A stretch of DNA of 64,000 nt from an uncultured Bacteroidota bacterium (GCA_947085565.1 CAMTWZ010000017.1:4526-68525); one strand, 5' to 3'; positions 8,363 through 16,581 are shown, counted from the first letter of the stretch. The notes: a model not told the origin generated them from the sequence alone. Numbers and translations: made by a program.

Positions 8363-9428
8363 GCGCGATTCTGAGTTTGACTTCTTCGGCCATGGCTTTG
8401 ATGAATTCGGGATGATCGTTCAATCCCTTGGTCACCACGATTTTCTCGACATGCTTGCCGCGTTCCTCGATTTCCTCGCGAAGCTCGATGCCCAGTTCAT
8501 GCAGGGTTTCGATATGATCGGTGACGAAGGCCACGGGCACCATCAGCAAATGCTTCACGCCGTACTCGATCAGCCGGAAGACGAGGTCTTCGGTGTTGGG
8601 CTGCGTCCATTTCGACGGACCCACACGACTCTGATAGCACGTCCAGTAATTCTCGGTGCGACCGCGAAGATCCATGATCGCCTCCACGGTGTCGACGATC
8701 TGGTCGGTGTACGGGTCGCCGCTGGCCACTTCCGCGATCGGCGTTCCGTGCGCGGTAAATAAGATGTGAACTTTGGCGCGTTCTTCGGGCGTGAATTCCT
8801 TCATCGCCTGCTCGATGCGGTCGTTCACCGCATTCAGGAAATTGGGCTGAAGGTGATACGATTTCACAGTGTATTCGCTCCAGGACGGATTCTTTCCGGC
8901 GGATGCGAACTGGTGGCGGATGGTTTCCCAATCGCGAAACGATGAACCGGTCGTGGTCCATGAAAAGTGCGGATACAGGGGCATCAGCACCACTTGCTCG
9001 ATACCGTCATCCATCATTTCCTGCATGATGTCGGATGCGAAAGGCACCCAATAGCGCATCGCGGTGTACACCTTCGTTTCAAATTCCGGAAGGTCGGATT
9101 TCAGGAACTTCTCCAAGGTGCGGCGCTGGAGTTCGGTGAGTCCGTTGATGGGCGAACAGCAATCGCTGATGAATTTGTTCTTGCGATTCGGACAATACGA
9201 ACTGCCGGTGCATCCTTTCGGACACGCGTTGATATCGCGGTACTTCGCCGCGATCTTCTTGTACCGAAGCGTGGAAATGGTGGAAGCGAGGGCGTTTTGA
9301 ACGCGTCCGCCGCCGAGTTTGATGATGTCTTCGTCGCTGAAAAGGTTGTACAGGAACTGCTTGACGGCGGGTTCGGAGGTGGGTCCGCCCAGGTTCATCA
9401 GCACAACGCCGAGTTTCGGTTTAGCCAT
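8346..9428 (-). CDS. hemH: Ferrochelatase with a Cys-rich internal insertion
   Basis: 360 aa with GVVLMNLGGP and the general ferrochelatase layout. The insertion is at residues ~67-91. Confidence 0.9.
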   Translation of the reverse strand: MAKPKLGVVLMNLGGPTSEPAVKQFLYNLFSDEDIIKLGGGRVQNALASTISTLRYKKIAAKYRDINACPKGCTGSSYCPNRKNKFISDCCSPINGLTELQRRTLEKFLKSDLPEFETKVYTAMRYWVPFASDIMQEMMDDGIEQVVLMPLYPHFSWTTTGSSFRDWETIRHQFASAGKNPSWSEYTVKSYHLQPNFLNAVNDRIEQAMKEFTPEERAKVHILFTAHGTPIAEVASGDPYTDQIVDTVEAIMDLRGRTENYWTCYQSRVGPSKWTQPNTEDLVFRLIEYGVKHLLMVPVAFVTDHIETLHELGIELREEIEERGKHVEKIVVTKGLNDHPEFIKAMAEEVKLRIAHVVTV

Positions 9429-9477
9429 AGATGGGGGAAGAAACGGCGGTAATGTGAAGATTGTGTGAATACGTTGA

Positions 9478-9565
9478 CCGTGGGCGGTAGGCAGTAGACC
9501 GAAAAGAGCTTGCCCTGAGCCTAGCGAAGGGGGGTGTCATACTGAGGGAGCGCAGCGACCCAAGA
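9478..9565. repeat. Partial member of the mosaic repeat family
   Basis: CTTGCCCTGAGCCTAGCGAAGGGGGGTGTCATACTGAGGGAGCGCAGCGA is the reverse orientation of the CTTCGCT..GCTCAGG..ATGACAC module. Confidence 0.6.
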
Positions 9566-9616
9566 GCTATATTAGACTTTAACACCCCTAAAGAACAAAT
9601 CACCCAGCTTGTTGCA

Positions 9617-10222
9617 TTAAACAGCTATTAACTCGTGCTCCGTACAATCAATTCTTAATTCGGTGTTATGTAATTTGGACTGTAACAGTTTACAATAATG
9701 ATGTCCGTTGATGTGTTGGTATTTCACACAGGTAAAACACATTCTTTGAACGGTGATGATATCCGCCTTATGTAACTCGTGAATGAGTTTTAGTAAGCCC
9801 GAAAGGATAATTTCTTTTTGCTCGTTTGAAAGCGTGGACAAAGGTTTCTCAATGGCAAAGGTAAAGTTTGACGACTTCTCGGCCGCCTGCTTCCCTTTGC
9901 TGGTCAACCCTATGATGTAGCTTCGTGTATCTTCGGGGTCGTCAATTTTCTGGATAAGTCCTTTTTGAAGTAATAATTTCACACTATCGCTGATGGTGGC
10001 TTTGGTCATATTAAACTCCTGAGCCAAGTAACTCACCTTGCACATTTCGTCCGAATGAAAGAGTAGGAAAATCAAAATCTGAATTTGTATAGGACTTAGA
10101 GCATTATCTCTGCTTTCGTTCCAAAGCAAAACCCGAAATGCTTCCGATATCCGCTCTAAAGCCACTACAATTTTGCTTTCAACTTTTTTATTTTGTTGGT
10201 TAAGGTTAAATGGTGATTTCAT
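9617..10222 (-). CDS. MarR-type winged-helix regulator with a Cys/His-rich C-terminal extension
   Basis: 201 aa. The wHTH region is LSPIQIQILIFLL...YLAQEFNMTKATISDSVKLLLQKGLI..DTRSYIIGLTSKG. The C-terminus is CFTCVKYQHINGHHYCKLL...CTEH. Confidence 0.8.
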   Translation of the reverse strand: MKSPFNLNQQNKKVESKIVVALERISEAFRVLLWNESRDNALSPIQIQILIFLLFHSDEMCKVSYLAQEFNMTKATISDSVKLLLQKGLIQKIDDPEDTRSYIIGLTSKGKQAAEKSSNFTFAIEKPLSTLSNEQKEIILSGLLKLIHELHKADIITVQRMCFTCVKYQHINGHHYCKLLQSKLHNTELRIDCTEHELIAV

Positions 10223-10486
10223 TTAATTGCAGTTTTCCATTTCGTAAATAAAGTAACCCTTGCTTTCTATTTCTGCCTCCCATTCTTTCCGTAAGGTTTC
10301 TATATGGCAAAACCTACATTCATCTGATGTAAGTGGTTGTCCGTCTTGTCCTTTTGTTTTAAGATACACTTTTCCATAGCCGTAAATTATGGCTTTATCT
10401 TTTACATTTTCCGGTGCTATAATGTCAAAGTGCATTACACTACCGTCTTTTTTTGTTACATAGGTGTCCCAAACTGCTACTTTCAT
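10223..10486 (-). CDS. DUF2024 family protein
   Basis: 87 aa with MKVAVWDTYVTKKDGSVMHFDIIAP...CRFCHIE...GYFIYEMENC, which I recognise as the DUF2024 pattern. Confidence 0.75.
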   Translation of the reverse strand: MKVAVWDTYVTKKDGSVMHFDIIAPENVKDKAIIYGYGKVYLKTKGQDGQPLTSDECRFCHIETLRKEWEAEIESKGYFIYEMENCN

Positions 10487-10579
10487 CGTATTAGATTTAT
10501 TTGCTTATGCTGATACCTCAAATGCGAACAACACAAGGAATATTGAACAAAATATTCTCATTGTCTCAAAATAAATAAT

Positions 10580-10614
10580 GCCCCACAAAGATAGGTATCC
10601 TAACTATGTGGGGC
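10580..10614 (-). terminator. Intrinsic terminator downstream of the thioredoxin-like gene
   Basis: The 8-bp GC stem is GCCCCACA / TGTGGGGC, with an extended imperfect stem. On the minus strand ATTATTTATTTT follows it. Confidence 0.7.
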
Positions 10615-10621
10615 AAAATAT

Positions 10622-10855
10622 TTAGCCTTTTACATCCGCCATAGACGCCCCAAAATTGAGATGAAGTACATTCCCAATTGGTGTCAGCAAGGCTGGAACA
10701 GATTTTACGCCTTTGCCTTCTGCTTCGGCAATTCGGTTTTTTTGTTCACCTAAGTGAACTATTTCAACTTTGTCGCTACCGATAAGCGATACGATGTCTT
10801 GCTCTGCACTAACGCATACAGGGCAACCTGCATGGTAAAAAACTGACTTTGTCAT
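10622..10855 (-). CDS. Small thioredoxin-fold protein with a CPVC motif
   Basis: 77 aa with FYHAGCPVCVSAEQ near the N-terminus and VPALL later, a thioredoxin/glutaredoxin-like layout. Confidence 0.65.
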   Translation of the reverse strand: MTKSVFYHAGCPVCVSAEQDIVSLIGSDKVEIVHLGEQKNRIAEAEGKGVKSVPALLTPIGNVLHLNFGASMADVKG

Positions 10856-11188
10856 TTTGATATAAATTTAAGTTATACGGCAACATTGCCACTGCAATAT
10901 AGTTAGGAATCCTAACAATGCAAGAGCCTTTTTTCTTGCCCGGTTGGTGGATGGGCCGGGGGGCGGTTGGGCAAAATAATCTGTACTGCAATTTGTGTTG
11001 ACTTGCGCGGAGGGTTGGCTCTTTGTCTGTCGGTTTACCGTTCGCTTGTTATCGGTTGTGTCGTCCTTTAGGGTCACGACTTGAATACCCCCCATGCGAG
11101 CCAGAGATTATCCTATCTTTTAATCGCTTGAATCTGGATAACACAAAAGCAGAAGCGATAAGGTCCACTGATTTTTTATCTTTGACTT

Positions 11189-12049
11189 ATGAGCAAAGAA
11201 CACGACAAATTGATGACGGACCTGCGACGACTTATTGAATCGCAGAATTTTAACTCAGAAGCCGACATGCGAACGTTTATGGACAGCATGATCGGGCAAC
11301 AAATCCCTTCACGTCCGAAAAAGGCGTTAAGCCCTCAGGAACAAGCACAAGACTTGGTTTTTGCCGCTTATGATCTTCCCCCTGCCAAAGCCAAACGGAA
11401 TATTGAAAAGGCGCTTCAACTGGACAGCAATTGCATAGAAGCGTACGAGTTTCTTGGCTCATTAGAGGCCTTTGCAGAAATCGCGATCACGTTTTATGAG
11501 AAAGGAATCGCCATCGGCAGACGCGTTTTCGGGGGCAGCTACTTGGAAGAACATAAAGGAGCATTTTGGGGGTTTCACGAAACACGACCTTTCATGCGTT
11601 GCATGCAACACTATGCAGACTGCCTTTATACAATGGGCAAAGTAAACGAATGTGTCGCGATATTTGAAGAGATGATTGACCTTAATCCCAGCGATAATCA
11701 AGGAGTCAGAGACCAGCTTCTGCTTTATTTGATTCAACTTGATGAGAGGGAAAAGTTCAAGAGGTATGCCAAGATGTTTAAAGACGACGACATGGCGTTT
11801 GCACTTTTCAATCGGGCTCTGTTTGACTTCAAAACAGAAGGAGAAACCGATAAAGCCAACAAACAACTTCAAAAAGCATGTAAGCGGAACCCGTTTGTGG
11901 CTTCTAAGCTTCTCGCTAAAAAACCAGCTACCGAGCTTCCCGACCATTTCAGCATCGGTAGCGAAGATGAAGCTGACTACTACGCTTACTTCGCAAAGCC
12001 TATTTGGCAACAAACGGATGGTGCGACGGCATGGCTGAAAAAACGTTGA
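11189..12049 (+). CDS. TPR-like helical repeat protein (function unknown)
   Basis: 286 aa, a clean ORF, helical-repeat-like (AKRNIEKALQLDSNCIEAYEFLG ...). No catalytic motif recognised. Confidence 0.7.
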   Translation: MSKEHDKLMTDLRRLIESQNFNSEADMRTFMDSMIGQQIPSRPKKALSPQEQAQDLVFAAYDLPPAKAKRNIEKALQLDSNCIEAYEFLGSLEAFAEIAITFYEKGIAIGRRVFGGSYLEEHKGAFWGFHETRPFMRCMQHYADCLYTMGKVNECVAIFEEMIDLNPSDNQGVRDQLLLYLIQLDEREKFKRYAKMFKDDDMAFALFNRALFDFKTEGETDKANKQLQKACKRNPFVASKLLAKKPATELPDHFSIGSEDEADYYAYFAKPIWQQTDGATAWLKKR

Positions 12050-12059
12050 TCAACGTACC

Positions 12060-13649
12060 TCACACCCGATCCAACTCCTCAAGCAAGGCCGGGCGGTTCG
12101 GATAGCGCTCACGAAGTTCGGCGATGATGCCGGCGACGGCAGCAGGCCCCGCCCACTTCTTGACTTTCCGGATGGTCTGCGCGGTTTCCTGATACCTTTT
12201 CCGTTCTTTGTGGTGCACAAGCCCCTCAGCCAACACGTTTCGATAGAGCACCAAAATCTCGTCGGCATAGTCGGGCACCAAGATTCGTTCATATTCCTGA
12301 AGTCGACTCAAGCTTGCATGTTGGTTCAGTAAATCCATAAGTCGCCGCTTCCATCCTTCTTCACGATAGATTCTGGCAACCCGATCGACTTCAACCCAAT
12401 GCATCTTTTGGTGATCCCGAATGAGTTCCTCAACAAAGCTTTCCCAGTTTTCCGCTCCCACAGCCGATTTCATGGTCTGATACATGACCGATTGATTCCG
12501 ATGATGTCCCATATATAGGAGTCGCGCATATTTGATGACGGATTCGGTGTCATGCCTGGCCTTGGCAATCTCCAACAGCAGCTCTTGCCAATCGGTCACA
12601 CACCCCGGACGCTCTTTTTCATCGAATCGGATGCCATCGTTTGCGATCTCAATCGCACGATCATACATCTGCCGATTCATGGCATCGACGATGGCTTCGC
12701 GACGAATGGTCGGATTGTTCAGATGCGTCTGGATGTACCTCGAAACGGTTTTCTCGTCTTTCGTTTTGCGGAGAATATCCAGAATGAGGCATTGTGCCTC
12801 CTCCCTCCGCCACACCGATTTGGCATCTTGATTCAATAGATCCAGCACAGTCTGTGTTTCGGATTCATTGCGAGACACATTGGCCGCGAGTCGCATCATG
12901 TCCAGATGCCAATCCCAGTCGATGAACACCTCTTTTTTGTATGTCGACAGGGCATATTTATAAATGGAAATCCGCATCGTTTCGGTCAGTTCGGATTGCG
13001 ATATTCGGGTGAGTAAATCCAGAGCCTGACGGATGCATCCACCCAAATCCCCATTGCTGTCATCGGTATAAGCGAAGGCTTTGGTCAGCTCCTCGACCAC
13101 TGTCGTCGCGATGAAGAATGCGGACGCAGGTTCATCCTGAGCCAGAAACTGCTCCGCATCGTCCAAATAAATATCGATTCCCATCGCCACCCGCCCCGTC
13201 ATATTCCACGCGATGAACTTTGGCCTCCCCGACATCGACCTCAACATGTCTTTGATCTCGCGACTGATCTCTGATTTCGATTCGATGGGGATCATTCTCC
13301 GAATCACAGGCGCTCGTTGGGTTGGTTCACGTTTTGGGGATGATGTCTTTTTCGGAGCCTCCGGTAATACCGATGTGATTTCACCCAACCGAGCCTGTAA
13401 CAGCACCGCGACCGTGTGTTTGCAGATGGGACCTAACACATAAGGGCAGGTGCAGACGTGATCCGTAAGCATCAAATCCTTGATCCAAACATCCACTTGA
13501 TAGGCATCCGTACCGGAAACTTCGGCGCGGATGTGGCCGTTCGCCCGACGGTCCAATGGTCCGACAAGTCCTTTTTTGTAGTAGGTCCATCCCCGTTTCA
13601 GGATGACCACATCCACAAATTGTTCCAAATGATCGAGGTGAAATCGCAT
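12060..13649 (-). CDS. SWIM zinc-finger domain protein
   Basis: 529 aa. The N-terminal SWIM motif is CTCPYVLGPICKHTVAVLL (CxC..CxH), followed by a long helical domain. Confidence 0.8.
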   Translation of the reverse strand: MRFHLDHLEQFVDVVILKRGWTYYKKGLVGPLDRRANGHIRAEVSGTDAYQVDVWIKDLMLTDHVCTCPYVLGPICKHTVAVLLQARLGEITSVLPEAPKKTSSPKREPTQRAPVIRRMIPIESKSEISREIKDMLRSMSGRPKFIAWNMTGRVAMGIDIYLDDAEQFLAQDEPASAFFIATTVVEELTKAFAYTDDSNGDLGGCIRQALDLLTRISQSELTETMRISIYKYALSTYKKEVFIDWDWHLDMMRLAANVSRNESETQTVLDLLNQDAKSVWRREEAQCLILDILRKTKDEKTVSRYIQTHLNNPTIRREAIVDAMNRQMYDRAIEIANDGIRFDEKERPGCVTDWQELLLEIAKARHDTESVIKYARLLYMGHHRNQSVMYQTMKSAVGAENWESFVEELIRDHQKMHWVEVDRVARIYREEGWKRRLMDLLNQHASLSRLQEYERILVPDYADEILVLYRNVLAEGLVHHKERKRYQETAQTIRKVKKWAGPAAVAGIIAELRERYPNRPALLEELDRV

Positions 13650-13802
13650 CGTGTGAAATTAATTGAATCTTAGAGAATTCGGCCATGAAATCATGCACAG
13701 ATTTCACATAAGTCGCGCTTGTGACTAAATTTAATCACTATTAAGCGTCGTTCGTTCTCGAAGATGACATGAATATGACTACATTTGGTCAAAAATATCC
13801 AA

Positions 13803-13955
13803 ATGATATCACGAATCTATATCGACACTTCCATAGTAGGTGGTTACTTTGACGAAGAATTCAAAGAGGCTACCGGTCTGCTATTCAAGCGTCTCGAAAA
13901 CAGAGAAATAAAGTCGCAAAACTCGCTGATATGTATTTCGACGCTGTGCAGATGA
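13803..13955 (+). pseudogene. PIN-domain (VapC-like) toxin gene fragment, N-terminal ~35 codons only
   Basis: MISRIYIDTSIVGGYFDEEFKEATGLLFKRLENREIK, after which the frame ends. An overlapping small ORF (13931-14071, MYFDAVQMMRDIRDKISQETHGMTFEQYKAYIK...) looks like the tail of another gene. Confidence 0.45.
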
Positions 13956-14081
13956 TGCGTGACATCCGAGATAAGATCAGCCAGGAAACCCATGGCATGA
14001 CCTTTGAACAGTACAAGGCCTACATCAAGTCCAATTTGAAAGAACACAAAGAAAAGCATGTTGGGCAGTAGCTTACGAATC

Positions 14082-14186
14082 ATGTCCACCCTTCATCTTC
14101 CCTTTAAATTCACGAAGAAGCTGATTCAGCAGCCTGAGAGCGGAATGGGCTATCAGATCGTGAAGGTGACGCTTCAAGATGAATGA
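14082..14186 (+). pseudogene. Short 5' fragment of a frameshifted gene
   Basis: 34 codons ending ...QPESGMGYQIVKVTLQDE*. A plausible continuation (NDSGCRCKLVNSTHEL) is in the +1 frame. Confidence 0.3.
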
Positions 14187-14221
14187 TTCGGGATGTCGTT
14201 GCAAACTCGTAAACTCAACCC

Positions 14222-15070
14222 ATGAACTTCCCGCACGACTTGGAAAAAGCCATTTTCCTGCAGAACAACTCTCCGGTCAACGATTTCCTGGGCCTCACGC
14301 CGCGAGAGGTCCATTTCCTAGTGTATCAACCCTATTCGGAGTCTTCGCCGGTGAGACTGAGGTCGGACATCGATTCCGACACTCTGGACCGTATTCCTCT
14401 TTTCCGGATCGCTGAAGACTACATGCGGATCATCCGTCGTGACAGGGAAATCAAACTGACTCCGCTCGGAGCCTTACCCAAGAAAGTGATGGTTGAGCTG
14501 TATGAAAAACGCCATTTGCTTGATGATGGGATCGAAAGCGGATTGAATAAACTGTCGAAAGAGGCGGATTGCATCGCCATCAGCAGCATGCGGCATGTGC
14601 TTGAACTCGCCGGCCTAGTGAAGAAGATCAGAGGGCGACTCAGCCTGACCAAAAAGGGTCTTTCCTTGATGGCGGATGATCAACGAACGCCGCTGTTCGT
14701 CACCTTCATCACGACGTTCACCGAACAGTTCAACTGGGGGTTCAACGACCGGTATGATGTCGGTCAGATCGGTCAAATGGCTTGGGCCTTTTCCATCTTC
14801 GCTCTTCACAAGTTTGGAGATCAGAAACGTACCCTCGATTTCTATTCATCCATTGTTTTGACCGCATTTCCGTCTTTTCTGCTTGAATTCACGGAGTCGT
14901 ACCGGCCCAAGGAAGATCAATTCAAACTTTGCTTGGGCGTCCGCACTTTCGAACGGTTTTTGCTTTGGTTCGGACTTGTTGAAGTGGATCAAAAACGAGC
15001 TTTCCTTGATGTGGATTCTGATTTGTTTTGGAGGTCAGACACGTTGAACAAGGTTTTCCGTTTCAAGTAG
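14222..15070 (+). CDS. Hypothetical protein (282 aa)
   Basis: Long clean ORF with no motif I can assign. Confidence 0.6.
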   Translation: MNFPHDLEKAIFLQNNSPVNDFLGLTPREVHFLVYQPYSESSPVRLRSDIDSDTLDRIPLFRIAEDYMRIIRRDREIKLTPLGALPKKVMVELYEKRHLLDDGIESGLNKLSKEADCIAISSMRHVLELAGLVKKIRGRLSLTKKGLSLMADDQRTPLFVTFITTFTEQFNWGFNDRYDVGQIGQMAWAFSIFALHKFGDQKRTLDFYSSIVLTAFPSFLLEFTESYRPKEDQFKLCLGVRTFERFLLWFGLVEVDQKRAFLDVDSDLFWRSDTLNKVFRFK

Positions 15071-15130
15071 ACCCGCTCGGAATATCATTTATGTTATCCA
15101 TATCCACCTGAAATTCATTAGTTTGGGAAC

Positions 15131-15433
15131 ATGACATTGCAATCCACCCAGATTCAACAAGTGAAAGACGCGTGCGCTTTGTACAACGTGCGGACGCTTT
15201 TCGCATTTGGATCGGTGACGAACGACAAATTCAATGACGATAGTGATGTCGATCTGGTTGTGGATATTTCAGAAACAGACCCTTTCAAATACTCAGACAA
15301 TTATTTCAGCCTTAAGAGTCGATTGGAAGTCATCTTCAATCGCCAAATCGATCTACTTGAGCAACGTGCCATCCGAAATCCATTCCTGAAGAAGGAAATT
15401 GATCGGACCAAAGTTCTCCTTTATGGCACCTGA
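15131..15433 (+). CDS. mntA: Nucleotidyltransferase-domain protein, MntA-type antitoxin
   Basis: 100 aa with FAFGSVTNDKFNDDSDVDLVVD (GS..D.D minimal NTase motif). It overlaps the downstream HEPN gene by 11 nt. Confidence 0.85.
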   Translation: MTLQSTQIQQVKDACALYNVRTLFAFGSVTNDKFNDDSDVDLVVDISETDPFKYSDNYFSLKSRLEVIFNRQIDLLEQRAIRNPFLKKEIDRTKVLLYGT

Positions 15434-15860
15434 GATTGCGTCATCGCTGGCAGATATCAAGCAAGCCATACTTGAAATCAACGGCTTTCTGCCAGGTAGC
15501 AAGGACTACTTTGAGTTCAAAAAGGATGTCAAGACGAAAAGGGCAGTCGAACTCAATATTGAAATCATCGGAGAGGCTGTAAATCGAATCCTTAAGGTGG
15601 ATCCGCAATTTCAGCTAACGAATGCACGGAAGATTGTGGATACTCGAAACAGGATCAGTCACGGTTATGACACGGTATCGGAAGAAATCCTATGGGCGAT
15701 TGTGAATAAGGACATCCCCACTCTTGAAATCGAAGTGAATCAGCTAGTCGATACGTTTAAAGCATCCATCCAAGAAGGCCTCGACAGTGGTATTGCGACG
15801 TCGTTCGACCCGGAATCGCATCTGGCTGAGCTGAAAGCCCGGAGTAAATCACGCGGTTGA
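15423..15860 (+). CDS. hepT: HepT-type HEPN (DUF86) toxin with an extra ParD-like C-terminal tail
   Basis: The RNRISHGY (Rx4H) motif is at residues ~75-82. I preferred the start at the internal ATG 15423 (MAPEIASS...) over 15399. Confidence 0.8.
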   Translation: MAPEIASSLADIKQAILEINGFLPGSKDYFEFKKDVKTKRAVELNIEIIGEAVNRILKVDPQFQLTNARKIVDTRNRISHGYDTVSEEILWAIVNKDIPTLEIEVNQLVDTFKASIQEGLDSGIATSFDPESHLAELKARSKSRG

Positions 15861-15910
15861 GGTCGTTTTACAGAGCTATTTTATTGACTCCGCACCGTTA
15901 AATTGCAGGT

Positions 15911-16120
15911 ATGATAAAGAGAGCTTCTCGAATTACGATCAATAGTGGTCACTGTGGTGGCATACCCTGCATTCGAGGTCTGCGCATCCGCGTCATTGAT
16001 ATCCTTGATCTATTGGCGAATGGATTGACTCATCAGCAAATTGTGGATGAGTTTCCTGTTCTGGAGACGGAAGACGTTGTTGCTGCGATTGCTTCTGCCA
16101 GGAATAAGATCGCTAACTAG
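15911..16120 (+). CDS. DUF433 domain protein (antitoxin-like), orphan
   Basis: 69 aa with GHCGGIPCIRGLRIRVIDILDLLANGLTHQQIVDEFPVLETEDVVAAI, the typical DUF433 pattern. Confidence 0.8.
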   Translation: MIKRASRITINSGHCGGIPCIRGLRIRVIDILDLLANGLTHQQIVDEFPVLETEDVVAAIASARNKIAN

Positions 16121-16188
16121 CTCACTGGCCTACCTGTTGTTAGGCTCAACTGTAAAGGATTTCTTGACAGTTCACTTCTGAATGAACC

Positions 16189-16292
16189 GGTCACAGTTCG
16201 TGACCAGTTTCCTATCACTTGAGATCACAATCTGTGACCTCAAGACTTCCAATCTAAGATCGCATAGTGCGACCTTAAGGATTTCTCGTTCA
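16189..16292. repeat. Three hyphenated palindromes at 34-35 bp phasing
   Basis: GGTCACAGTTCGTGACC (16189-16205), GATCACAATCTGTGACC (16223-16239) and GATCGCATAGTGCGACC (16258-16274). Confidence 0.7.
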
Positions 16293-16362
16293 CCCTCCTT
16301 GCTAGCCGAAGCGTAGCGAGGACGGAGGGAGGGGCAGGGGCGTAGCGAAGTGTGGGTCCCCA
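16293..16362. repeat. Mosaic repeat core copy
   Basis: CCCTCCTTGCTAGCCGAAGCGTAGCGAGGACGGAGGGAGGGGCAGGGGCGTAGCGAAGTGTGGGTCCCC. Confidence 0.75.
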
Positions 16363-16377
16363 TGAAGCTACGTTCAA

Positions 16378-16581
16378 CTACGAAATTCTGATGATGGCCA
16401 TCAACTTCTCTGCCGATACCGACTCGGCATGTTCCTCAGCTTCATTTTTATAATAAGCGTCAATCACAGCTCGCTCTTCATCGGTCAGCGGTTCCGAAGC
16501 CTTTGATGTCCGACGACGCCCGATTGGATAATCGGTGTCTGTTGTGGGCGACTTGGGTTGTGATTTCGTCGAATGTGGCAT
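16378..16581 (-). CDS. Small hypothetical protein (67 aa)
   Basis: ORF only. The C-terminal half (PLTDEERAVIDAYYKNEAEEHAESVSAEKLMAII) looks like a small helical, antitoxin-like peptide. Confidence 0.35.
   Translation of the reverse strand: MPHSTKSQPKSPTTDTDYPIGRRRTSKASEPLTDEERAVIDAYYKNEAEEHAESVSAEKLMAIIRIS

Noticed and set aside
10591-10606. A second TAGG-N3-CCTA palindrome as a MarR operator upstream of DUF2024.
   Set aside because: It forms the inner part of the intrinsic terminator hairpin (10580-10614) of the thioredoxin-like gene, which explains it more simply.
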